Part shown: positions 38,330-48,159 of the stretch, one piece after another
How the letters are laid out: the number at the start of each line of letters is the position of its first letter
Position numbering within the stretch: position 1 is the stretch's first letter
Source: Dokdonella sp.
GTDB lineage: Bacteria > Pseudomonadota > Gammaproteobacteria > Xanthomonadales > Rhodanobacteraceae
Reading direction: 5' to 3'
DNA length: 64,000 bases
Assembly: GCF_019634775.1 (NCBI RefSeq)
Contig: NZ_JAHCAS010000001.1
Location: 1,616,894 to 1,680,893, forward strand
Translations under genes and position numbers: made by a program
Notes under the pieces: model-generated
Told to the model about the DNA's origin: nothing
Database searches by the model: none
Seen by the model: the letters and a program-made list of their open reading frames with translations, nothing else

Positions 38330-39211
38330 TCAATGCACGGCGTACTTCTTTTCCCCGGCGGTGACGCGCACGGCGAGGCGGTTCTGCGGTGGCGCGGTCG
38401 GGCAGACGACATGCGGGGACAATGCGCAGGGCGGGTTGTAGGCGAGGTTGAAGTCGAGCACGACCTTGCCGTCTTGCGGCGGGTCGGCGTAGAGGAAGCG
38501 CGCGGCGCCGTAGGTTTCCTTGCCGCTGGTCCTGTCGGCGATGATGAAGAAGAGGCGGCCGTCGTCCTCGACCACGGGTTCGAGGCTGAAACTCGTGCCG
38601 TCGCGAGTGAACACTGCCTTGCCCGGCACTTCGGCGGTCTGCAGCGTATTGATGATCGTCACCAGTTCGATCGCATGGGGTGGATCGTAGGGTTGCCAGT
38701 CGGCCACGATGCGCCATGACGGATCGGTCGGGAAGGTTTCGATACCCTTGAACGCGGCCAGCGCGGGCGATTCGGGATCGCGCAGGCGCCAGCTTGTCAC
38801 GTCACCGCTGCGGACCACGTAGAACCAGGCTTTGCCGAAATGGACCTCGGTCGGGCGCTGGCCATCTGCATTGGTCTGCAGTTCGACTTCGCCCTTGATC
38901 GGCGCGCCATCGATCGTCGCGTCGGCCTTGGCATCGGCACGGAAATGCACGCGACCATCGGTGTCGAGACGCAGCGTGCCCAGACGATCCGGCCCCTTGG
39001 CGAGCACGATGGCATTGCCGGCCCCACGCCCCACCGTGCTTTCGCCTTCGCGCACCATGCCCGAGCCGACGAAACTGAACCAGCCATCCGGTTTCTGCAG
39101 CGAGGCGATGCGCGCCGCACGCCACTCCTCGACCGAGCGCGCGTGCTCGTCGTCGGCATGCAGCGGGGCGGACAGGGCAACGATGGCGGCAAGCAGCAGG
39201 GCACGGCGCAT
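38330..39211 (-). CDS. DUF1684 domain-containing protein
   Basis: 293 aa with a signal peptide. The C-terminus reads ..SGKETYGAARFLYADPP..VVLDFNLAYNPPCALSPHVVCPTAPPQNRLAVRVTAGEKKY, matching the DUF1684 signature as I recall it. Confidence 0.8.
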   Translation of the reverse strand: MRRALLLAAIVALSAPLHADDEHARSVEEWRAARIASLQKPDGWFSFVGSGMVREGESTVGRGAGNAIVLAKGPDRLGTLRLDTDGRVHFRADAKADATIDGAPIKGEVELQTNADGQRPTEVHFGKAWFYVVRSGDVTSWRLRDPESPALAAFKGIETFPTDPSWRIVADWQPYDPPHAIELVTIINTLQTAEVPGKAVFTRDGTSFSLEPVVEDDGRLFFIIADRTSGKETYGAARFLYADPPQDGKVVLDFNLAYNPPCALSPHVVCPTAPPQNRLAVRVTAGEKKYAVH

Positions 39212-39285
39212 GGATCGGTTCCTCGGGGACTCCGTGCGAGTATAGGCGCAGCCGGCCGCGATCGTTGGTCGGAGCCGGGAGAGTC

Positions 39286-40788
39286 ATGCTGATCGTTCCG
39301 CTGCATCGCGCACCGACCTGGAAGAACTTTCCGTGGATGACGTGTGCACTCATCGTCGTCAACGTGTTCGTGTTTGCCGTGTTGCAGTCGGGTGACGCGC
39401 GCGCCCGGGTCGTGGCGATCGACCGATACCTCGCCCATGGTTTGCCGCGCATCGAGTTCCCGACCTATGCCGACTGGCTGCGCGACGAGGGCGAAAGCGA
39501 GCGGGCCGAAGCGTTCGACCTGCTGGCCAGGGCAAAGCCGCGGGTTGCCGCCGAGGTACTGCAAAGCGACGACACATTCGTTGCCGCGCTGGCCGACGGA
39601 CGCATCGTGCCGCGAGCGCTCACCGCCGTTGCCGATGAATCGGCGCGTGGCGACTGGCGACAGGCACGTGCCGATTTCGAGCGGGCCTGGGGTGAAGTCT
39701 TCAGTTATCGTTGGCTGCAACGCTTCGATCGCTTCGATCCGGTCACGCTGGTCAGCGCGACGTTCCTGCACGCTGGTGTCGGCCATCTGCTCGGCAACAT
39801 GCTGTTCCTCGCCGTGCTCGGCCTGCTCGTCGAAGGTGCGCTCGGGCGTGGCCTGTTCCTTGCCGTATACCTGCTCGGTGGCATCGGTGCCTCGCTGGTG
39901 TCGCTGGCCAACCACTGGGGCGAGCCGGGCGGTGCACTCGGAGCATCCGGCGCGGTGGCGGCACTGATGGGTGCGTATTGTGTGCTCTGGGGCATGCGCC
40001 GCGTGCGCTTCTTCTGGTGGTTCTTCGTTGCCTTCGACTACGTCAAGGCGCCGGCGCTCGTGCTGCTGCCTTTCTGGCTCGGCTGGGAAATCTGGAACCT
40101 CGCCTTCAACGGCGATGCCGGAGTCGGCTTCGATGCGCATGCCGGTGGCATCGTCAGCGGCGCGCTGCTCGCGCTGGTCGTGCGCTGGCAGGGCTGGGAA
40201 CACAAGGAGTTCATGGACGAGGACATGCGTGCCGACGAGGTCGCTGGCGATCGTGCCGCGCTGGACGAGGCACGCGCCTGCCTCGGTCGCCTCGAGGTGG
40301 CGCGAGCGCGCGCCCTCGTCGAACCGCTGCTCGCGCGCCGACCCGGCGAGTTCGAACTGCTCGCCCTGATGTACCGCTGCGCACGCTACGAACGTGGGAT
40401 GCCACGCCTGCATCCGGCTGCCTTTGCCGCGTTGCGTGCCGAACCGGTCGACAGCGATGGGGTGCGCGCGCAGAAGGCGTTGTACGAGGACTACATGAAG
40501 ACCGCGGCTGGCGCAGCGCGCGTGCCGGCCAGTCTTGCCTACAGCCTGGCCAGGCGTTGGCTGGCGATTGGCGCAGGCGACGAGGCGATGCGCCTGGTGA
40601 GCGCATTGACATGGTCGCCGGCGACGTCCGCGACGCTTGCCCGCGACAGTCTTGCCATTGCCCAGGCCGCCCGGCTGAAAGGCTTCGTGCGCGAGGCTGC
40701 TGGTGTACTTGAGCGCATCGTCGCCGAGGCGCCGGATTCGACCGAAGCCGGCAAGGCACGCGCGTTGCTGGCGGATGCGGGTTCGTGA
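39286..40788 (+). CDS. Rhomboid family intramembrane serine protease with ~200-aa C-terminal helical (TPR-like) extension
   Basis: ORF 39265..40788, starting at MLIVPLHR (39286). The catalytic Ser is in GASGAVAALMGAY and the His in HAGGIVSGALLAL. FLHAGVGHLLGNMLFL is also present. Confidence 0.85.
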   Translation: MLIVPLHRAPTWKNFPWMTCALIVVNVFVFAVLQSGDARARVVAIDRYLAHGLPRIEFPTYADWLRDEGESERAEAFDLLARAKPRVAAEVLQSDDTFVAALADGRIVPRALTAVADESARGDWRQARADFERAWGEVFSYRWLQRFDRFDPVTLVSATFLHAGVGHLLGNMLFLAVLGLLVEGALGRGLFLAVYLLGGIGASLVSLANHWGEPGGALGASGAVAALMGAYCVLWGMRRVRFFWWFFVAFDYVKAPALVLLPFWLGWEIWNLAFNGDAGVGFDAHAGGIVSGALLALVVRWQGWEHKEFMDEDMRADEVAGDRAALDEARACLGRLEVARARALVEPLLARRPGEFELLALMYRCARYERGMPRLHPAAFAALRAEPVDSDGVRAQKALYEDYMKTAAGAARVPASLAYSLARRWLAIGAGDEAMRLVSALTWSPATSATLARDSLAIAQAARLKGFVREAAGVLERIVAEAPDSTEAGKARALLADAGS

Positions 40789-40808
40789 TTCCCTGCCGAC
40801 CTGCTCAC

Positions 40809-40837
40809 CCGTAGGAAACGGCTTTGGCCGTGATGCC
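40809..40837. repeat. Single REP unit in inverted orientation relative to the downstream array
   Basis: CCGTAGGAAACGGCTTTGGCCGTGATGCC is the reverse complement of the array unit core, with two substitutions. It lies 28 bp upstream of array unit 1, forming a BIME-like inverted pair with it. Confidence 0.75.
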
Positions 40838-40865
40838 CTGTCTGTACAAGACCACAAAGAACGAG

Positions 40866-41490
40866 CATCACGGCTAAAGCCGTTTCCTACGGCGTTGTGC
40901 GGCCGGGCATCACGGCTGAAGCCGTTTCCTACGGCGTTGTGCGGCCGGGCATCACGGCTGAAGCCGTTTCCTACGGCGTTGTGCGGCCGGGCATCACGGC
41001 TGAAGCCGTTTCCTGCGGCGTTGTGCGGCCGGGCATCACGGCTGAAGCCGTTTCCTGCGGCGTTGTGCGGCCAGGGCATCACGGCTGAAGCCGTTTCCTG
41101 CGGCGTTGTGCGGCCAGGGCATCACGGCTGAAGCCGTTTCCTGCGGCGTTGTGCGGCCAAGGCATCACGGCTGAAGCCGTTTCCTACGGCGTTGTGCGGC
41201 CAGGGCATCACGGCTGAAGCCGTTTCCTGCGGCGTTGTGCGGCCGGGCATCACGGCTGAAGCCGTTTCCTACGGCGTTGTGCGGCCGGGCATCACGGCTG
41301 AAGCCGTTTCCTGCGGCGTTGTGCGGCCAGGACATCACGGCTGAAGCCGTTTCCTGCGGCGTTGCGCGGCCAGGGCATCACGGCTGAAGCCGTTTCCTAC
41401 GGCGTTGTGCGGCCAGGGCATCACGGCTGAAGCCGTTTCCTGCGGCGTTGTGCGGCCAGGGCATCACGGCTGAAGCCGTTTCCTGCGGCG
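40866..41490. repeat. Head-to-tail tandem array: 14 full units plus one 29-nt partial unit of a 42/43-bp REP-derived repeat
   Basis: Unit sequence: CATCACGGCTGAAGCCGTTTCCTRCGGCGTTGTGCGGCC(A)GGG. Unit starts are at 40866, 40908, 40950, 40992, 41034, 41077, 41120, 41163, 41206, 41248, 41290, 41333, 41376, 41419 and 41462. The 42-bp (CCGGG) and 43-bp (CCAGGG/CCAAGG/CCAGGA) variants are interleaved. Each unit contains the palindrome ACGGCT-GA-AGCCGT. Confidence 0.95.
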
Positions 41491-41520
41491 CATATATGGC
41501 CGTTTCCACAACCGCGGTGT

Positions 41521-42816
41521 TCAACCCGCCGCCGGCGGCTTCGCCGATGCGGCGATGCTGGCGAGAAAGCGGTCGTAGGTCGCGATCTCGTCGTGCAGCG
41601 GGTGGTCGGGGAAGTTCTGCAACAGGAATCCGGTCAGCTTGCGCGCCTCGGCGTCGCGGCCGAGTCGATCGCCGAGCAGCCGGGCGGCGAGCAGGTAGTT
41701 GGCCGGCAGGTCTTTGTGCTTTGGATGCGTGCGGTGGAAGTTCGCCAGCAGGCTCACGGCAAGCTGTGACTGCCCGCCTTTCGCCGCGCGCTCGGCCAGC
41801 ATGTTGATCGCGTCGGCCGGTGGGCGGAACGACGGATCGAGCGCGATGCAGTCGCGCGCCAGGTCGAGCGCACGCTTGCCGTCCTCCTGGGCGAGCAGGA
41901 TCTCGATCCACTCGCGGCCGTGGCGCAGCGATTCCTCCTTGTGCCCGCCGAGCGCGAGCAGCTTGCGGTACTGCTCGTGCAATTCGGGCGTGCCGCCGCG
42001 CGAATGCAACTGCTCGCGCAACTGTTCGAGCGCGGCCTCGATATGGCCGTCGCGGACGAGCTGCTGGGTCTCGGCAAGGAAGCGCTCGTCGGCGCTGAGC
42101 GGGCGATCGAGCGGCGTTTGGATCACCGGGTCGTAGCCGAACTCGCGGTGGTACTGCCAGATCATGTAGCCCATCAGGTGGAAGTTGGCGATGACGACGT
42201 AGTGCGAGGCGAAGTCGTTGATGAGCTTCGCGATGAAACCCGGCATCACCGATCCGAGCAGGCCCGACAGGTTGCCGGCGCTGGCGAGGAACACGAACGA
42301 CAGCAGCACGACGGCCAGGTACGGGCTGCCGAGGCGGCCGATAACCGCGAACCACGTGCCCGGGTTGAGTGCGTGGCCGAGGCTGCCGTCCATCGCCAGC
42401 GACATCGATGCGGCCGGTTGGGCGAAGGTGAGCAGGAGGATGATCGCGATCGCCGCCAGCGGTGGCAGGAAGACGGCGCCGACCGTGGCGATGATGACGA
42501 TGATGGCCTGCAGCTTGATCATGTCCCAGCCGACCGAATCCTCGACCGTCGTGCTCAGCACCGGCGGATCGAGACGGCCGTTGGCCGTGGTGCGCAGGCA
42601 CTCACAGGCGTACTTGTACAGCGCGATCCAGACGAAGATGTCGAACGCCCAGCCGAACGGCAGGTAGCGCACCAGGTGGCACAGCGCGAGCACGCCGATT
42701 GTCAGCAGCGCGTCGCCGCGAAGCGGGTACAGCGAGATCTCGCGCAGGCGCGACCAGAATGGCTCGATGTTGTCCGGGTCCGGGGCGCGGGCGGTCTTCG
42801 GCATGGGTATTCGCAA
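41521..42816 (-). CDS. Membrane protein (about 6 TM) with C-terminal TPR-like cytoplasmic domain, family not recognised
   Basis: 431 aa with a hydrophobic N-terminal half (LLTIGVLALCHLV, AIIVIIATVGAVFLPPLAAIAIILLL, YLAVVLLSFVFLASAG). The C-terminal half is helical repeats (ALEQLREQLHS..YRKLLALGG..). Codon bias is consistent with coding. Confidence 0.7.
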   Translation of the reverse strand: MRIPMPKTARAPDPDNIEPFWSRLREISLYPLRGDALLTIGVLALCHLVRYLPFGWAFDIFVWIALYKYACECLRTTANGRLDPPVLSTTVEDSVGWDMIKLQAIIVIIATVGAVFLPPLAAIAIILLLTFAQPAASMSLAMDGSLGHALNPGTWFAVIGRLGSPYLAVVLLSFVFLASAGNLSGLLGSVMPGFIAKLINDFASHYVVIANFHLMGYMIWQYHREFGYDPVIQTPLDRPLSADERFLAETQQLVRDGHIEAALEQLREQLHSRGGTPELHEQYRKLLALGGHKEESLRHGREWIEILLAQEDGKRALDLARDCIALDPSFRPPADAINMLAERAAKGGQSQLAVSLLANFHRTHPKHKDLPANYLLAARLLGDRLGRDAEARKLTGFLLQNFPDHPLHDEIATYDRFLASIAASAKPPAAG

Positions 42817-42974
42817 TCCTGTCCGTCAGAGAGCGGCGGCGCGCGAGCATAGCAGCGTGCCGGTTCTATGAATCGCGACCAAAGTCGCTCCCAAAAAGCC
42901 GGGGATGAAGCGTGCGCAGCGGGAAATGGATAAACACTTGCTCTTGCGAATCACGAATCACCAATCACGGCTTT

Positions 42975-43000
42975 TGTGGGAGCGGCTTCAGCCGGGAACC
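42975..43000. repeat. Single REP element (TGTGGGAGCGGCTTCAGCCGGGAACC)
   Basis: Has the same GCGGCT-TC-AGCCG core as the REP pair at 44170-44242. It overlaps the stop codon of the 42988..44082 gene. Confidence 0.6.
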
Positions 43001-44082
43001 TCGAAGCCGTGCCTGAAGATGAGGTCGGCGATGGTCGGTGTGGAACGCACGCAGTTCCAGGTTTCCCCGATGCGCGGGCCGGTGTCGATGACCTGGAAAT
43101 GGCTGACCAGCAACGGCGTCGATCCGTTGGCGCCGTTCCAGAACACCTGCGCGCCGATGCCCAGGTCCGACCATTTCGCCGTCGTGTGGCGGTCGCTCTC
43201 GAAGGTCAGGGCGATGTTGCCGCCGTCGGAGAGGACGATGCCGTAGCGTTGCATGGTGCGCAGGATCACCCGCGCGGCGGCGTTGTAGCCGCTCATGTCG
43301 AAGTCGGCCTTGAGGCGCATGCGCACGCCATAAGGCACCGTGCCGACCGGGCCACCGGGACTGCCGGCATGCGAAGCCGGGCGCACGTAGAGCCGTCCGC
43401 CGACACCGCCGAGCGAGGCGTCGTTGGCCATGCGCGCGTTGGGCAGGATGAAGCGGATCGCGTGACCCAGATCGGAATCGGCGCTGCCCTGGCGTGCAGC
43501 GACTTCGTCGGCGTTCACCAGCAGCGGCGCGATCGGGAAGCCGGCGGCGTCGGCGCTCGTGCAGTGCTCGCCGCGACCCTCCGGTGGATAGTTCGCGTTG
43601 AGATTCCATACGGCGAGGCAGCGCGCGTTGAGCACGTTGCCGTTGAGGTTGCCGGAATAGAGTTCATAGAGCAGATGGCCCTTGCGCACGATCAGGTGGC
43701 AATCCTCCGAGTTGTTGGGGCAGGACAGGCCGGACTGCCCCTCGAACGCGGCATCGGCCGGTACCGGCATCGATGCGGGCAGGGCTTCGCAATCGGGCGT
43801 CCAGTACTCACCCGAGCCGAGGTGCGGCACGATCGCGCGCATCGGCGCGTCGTTCCCCGCGTCGTGGTGGACATGGATGGAGAAATCGATCTGCATGCGG
43901 TTGCCGTTGCCCCAGCCGCCGAGGCTGTTGAGGGTGTCGAGCATCGATGTCGACTGCGGATGCAGCGGCGCGTTGCGGATGTCGGTGTGCCAGACCGAGC
44001 CGGGTGGGAACCGCGGCGGTTCGGCGGCGTGCGCGAACGTCGTTGCGGCGAACATGGCGGCGAGGAAGGACAGGCGATGCAT
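42988..44082 (-). CDS. Secreted hypothetical protein (~364 aa)
   Basis: Lies within ORF 42988..44328. The start is placed at ATG 44082 (codon 83): MHRLSFLAAMFAATTFAHAAEP (signal peptide). The upstream 82 codons run through the REP pair. No family was recognised. Confidence 0.7.
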   Translation of the reverse strand: MHRLSFLAAMFAATTFAHAAEPPRFPPGSVWHTDIRNAPLHPQSTSMLDTLNSLGGWGNGNRMQIDFSIHVHHDAGNDAPMRAIVPHLGSGEYWTPDCEALPASMPVPADAAFEGQSGLSCPNNSEDCHLIVRKGHLLYELYSGNLNGNVLNARCLAVWNLNANYPPEGRGEHCTSADAAGFPIAPLLVNADEVAARQGSADSDLGHAIRFILPNARMANDASLGGVGGRLYVRPASHAGSPGGPVGTVPYGVRMRLKADFDMSGYNAAARVILRTMQRYGIVLSDGGNIALTFESDRHTTAKWSDLGIGAQVFWNGANGSTPLLVSHFQVIDTGPRIGETWNCVRSTPTIADLIFRHGFEVPG

Positions 44083-44169
44083 CGGGCAGGCACTCGTGGT
44101 CGTGACGGGGCATCCAAACCGATCGGCCGGCGTGCTGCCGTGACGCAGGTGGCGATCCTTTGGAGCGTT

Positions 44170-44242
44170 GATCGCGGCTGAAGCCGCTCCTACAGAAGCT
44201 GGTCCTGTGAGAGACCCTGTAGGAGCGGCTTCAGCCGCGATC
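44170..44242. repeat. REP inverted pair (perfect 26-bp arms, 21-bp spacer)
   Basis: GATCGCGGCTGAAGCCGCTCCTACAG (44170-44195) is the exact reverse complement of CTGTAGGAGCGGCTTCAGCCGCGATC (44217-44242). It lies between the divergent secreted-protein gene and recQ. Confidence 0.9.
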
Positions 44243-44305
44243 AGCCCTGATGATGCACCCACACCGCTGCGTGCGCATCCCGCACGACACCGGTAGCATC
44301 CGCGC

Positions 44306-46120
<1,815 letters not shown>

Positions 46121-46200
46121 GGTGTTGCGGCGCGAGCGTCGTCGGCTCGGATGTCGCTGCCCGGGCGCCGCGCTCGCAGGAAGCCGTGCCCACGGGAAGG

Positions 46201-46461
46201 TCAAGCCAGCCTGACTCCCATCACATCGACCCGGCTGCGCGCGCATTCGTAGCGGATCGCGTCGAGCAGGCGGGCGTAATCCGCACGGGCCTCGAGCTCG
46301 ATCTGCATGGCCACGCTGTGCCAGACCGGAGGCTGCGGCGCACCCGTGGTCGCCAGGCGGTGGCGGGCGAGCACGCCGTTGACGACGGCGCGCGCACGCT
46401 CGGCGATCTCGCGCGCGGTCGCCTTGCGGGCGCGGTCTCCGAACAGGATGGTCAGGCCCAT
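46201..46461 (-). CDS. Small hypothetical protein (86-94 aa)
   Basis: This is the C-terminal part of the 305-aa ORF 46201..47118, whose upstream part is antisense to apaG. ATGs lie at 46461, 46479 and 46485. The sequence is MGLTILFGDRARKATAREIAERARAVVNG... No family was recognised and the coding call rests on composition only. Confidence 0.4.
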   Translation of the reverse strand: MGLTILFGDRARKATAREIAERARAVVNGVLARHRLATTGAPQPPVWHSVAMQIELEARADYARLLDAIRYECARSRVDVMGVRLA

Positions 46462-46662
46462 GGCTGGCTCCGGTGGCATCGGCATGATCGACGCCGGCCA
46501 GTCTTGCCATGTTTGGATGAACGGTGTGCGTACGCGACGGCGCGGGATTGTCGCCGTTGACCCATGTTCACCAATGGCTCCGCCGGCCCTCGCCGGGCAA
46601 GCCACGCAAAGCCCCGCGTCCCCGCTTGCCGGCTGCGGCGCCGTCCCCGACAATCGTTCCCG

Positions 46663-47046
46663 ATGAGTGCCGGCAAGCCCCATGACATCGCGGTCTCCGT
46701 CGAGGCACAGTTCCTCGACGAACAGTCGCAACCACACGACAACCGTTACGTGTTCGCGTACACGGTGACGATCCACAATCGCGGCACCGTGCCCGCGCGC
46801 CTGCTCGGCAGGCACTGGATCATCACCGACGGCAACGGCGACGTGCGCGAGGTGCGCGGCGAGGGCGTGGTCGGCGAGCAGCCGCACATGCGTCCTGGCG
46901 AGGGCTACGAGTACACCTCGGGCGCGGTGCTCGAGACCGCGGTCGGCACCATGCACGGCAGCTACCAGATGCTCGCCGACGACGGCACGCGTTTCGATGC
47001 GTCGATTCCTCCCTTCGTGCTGTCGATCCCGCGGACCTTGCACTAG
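46663..47046 (+). CDS. apaG: ApaG (DUF525) protein
   Basis: ATG 46663 within ORF 46564..47046. Sequence: [61 protein letters not shown]. Confidence 0.92.
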   Translation: MSAGKPHDIAVSVEAQFLDEQSQPHDNRYVFAYTVTIHNRGTVPARLLGRHWIITDGNGDVREVRGEGVVGEQPHMRPGEGYEYTSGAVLETAVGTMHGSYQMLADDGTRFDASIPPFVLSIPRTLH

Positions 47047-47079
47047 TGATGGCGCACACGGACGGGGCGGACCACTGAC

Positions 47080-47928
47080 ATGGCAACCTGGGCAATCGGC
47101 GACATCCAGGGTTGCCACGACGAACTCGCGCGCCTGCTCGACCTGATCCGCTACGACCAGGCGCGCGACACGCTGTGGTTCTGCGGCGACCTCGTCAACC
47201 GTGGCGGGCAGTCGCTCGAAGTGCTGCGCCTCGTGCGTTCACTCAACGCCGGCACGGTCGTCGTGCTCGGCAACCACGATCTGTCCCTGCTCGCCATCGC
47301 CGAGCGCAGCGAGCAGGACCAGGCCAAGGTCAACCCCGAGCTGCGCGCCGTGCTGTTCGCCCCGGACCGCAGCGAGCTGCTCGACTGGTTGCGCAGGCGC
47401 CCGCTGCTGCATGCCGACCGCGAACTCGGCTACATGATCGTGCACGCCGGCCTCGCCCCGCGCTGGGATGTCGCCCAGGCCGAGCGTGTCGCCCGCGAGA
47501 TCGAGAACCGCCTGCGCGCCGACGACTACCGCCGCCTGCTCAAGCAGATGTTCGGCAACCGCCCCGATTTCTGGTCGCCGAAGCTGCGCGGCATCGAGCG
47601 TCTGCGTGCCGGCATCAACATGTTCACGCGCCTGCGCTACTGCGACGTGCGCGGCCGCATCGCCTTCGCCGAGAAGGGCACCCCGGGCACCCAGCGTCCG
47701 GGCCTGTATCCGTGGTTCGAAGTGCCCGGACAGGCGAAGCGCGACTTGCGCATCGTCTGCGGCCATTGGTCCACGCTGGGTCGCTTTGCCGGCCTCGGCG
47801 TCTACGCCATCGACACCGGTTGCGTCTGGGGCGGCGCCCTCACCGCCATGCGCCTGGATGTCGAGGAACCCGAGTTCGTCGCCCTCAAGTCGAACCGGCC
47901 GAAGCCGGTCGGCAAGGATGGAGACTGA
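47080..47928 (+). CDS. apaH: Bis(5'-nucleosyl)-tetraphosphatase (symmetrical)
   Basis: 282 aa. Sequence: MATWAIGDIQGCHDEL..WFCGDLVNRGGQSLEVL..VLGNHD, which are metallophosphatase motifs. It directly follows apaG. Confidence 0.95.
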   Translation: MATWAIGDIQGCHDELARLLDLIRYDQARDTLWFCGDLVNRGGQSLEVLRLVRSLNAGTVVVLGNHDLSLLAIAERSEQDQAKVNPELRAVLFAPDRSELLDWLRRRPLLHADRELGYMIVHAGLAPRWDVAQAERVAREIENRLRADDYRRLLKQMFGNRPDFWSPKLRGIERLRAGINMFTRLRYCDVRGRIAFAEKGTPGTQRPGLYPWFEVPGQAKRDLRIVCGHWSTLGRFAGLGVYAIDTGCVWGGALTAMRLDVEEPEFVALKSNRPKPVGKDGD

Positions 47929-48159
47929 CCCGGACGGCGGGGCCGCACCGTTGCACCGGGACCTTCGACCCGCCCGCACAGGGCGCAACCACTTAGCGGC
48001 GGGATCACGGCTGCGCTGACGCGGTGTCGGTTTCGCGCCGCCGCCACCAGCCCATGACCGCCCCGATCCGGCCACCGATCAGGACATCCCTTGACGCGCG
48101 TCAATGCGTGCGCATGGCCGACTGCCAAGCATGGCGGGATACGGGTTGCGAGGTTCGCA

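Noticed and set aside
39286-40788. The idea that the rhomboid protease is the sorting enzyme (rhombosortase) for the CTERM-tailed cytochrome at 48160.
   Set aside because: As I recall, rhombosortases are small and pair with GlyGly-CTERM signals. This rhomboid is 500 aa with a TPR-like tail, lies 7 kb away, and the cytochrome tail lacks a GlyGly motif.
38797-41082. 761-aa minus-strand ORF that starts inside the tandem array (MMPWPHNAAGNGFSRDARPHNAAGNGFSRD...) and runs antisense through the rhomboid gene.
   Set aside because: Its repeat part is only open because four consecutive 42-bp units keep the frame. The first 43-bp unit breaks it on the other side. The rest is antisense to a rhomboid protease with intact catalytic motifs.
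40866-41490. Interpretation of the 42/43-bp periodic array as a CRISPR array.
   Set aside because: There are no unique spacers and the whole period is repeat. No cas genes are present in the window, and the unit is a derivative of the local REP consensus.
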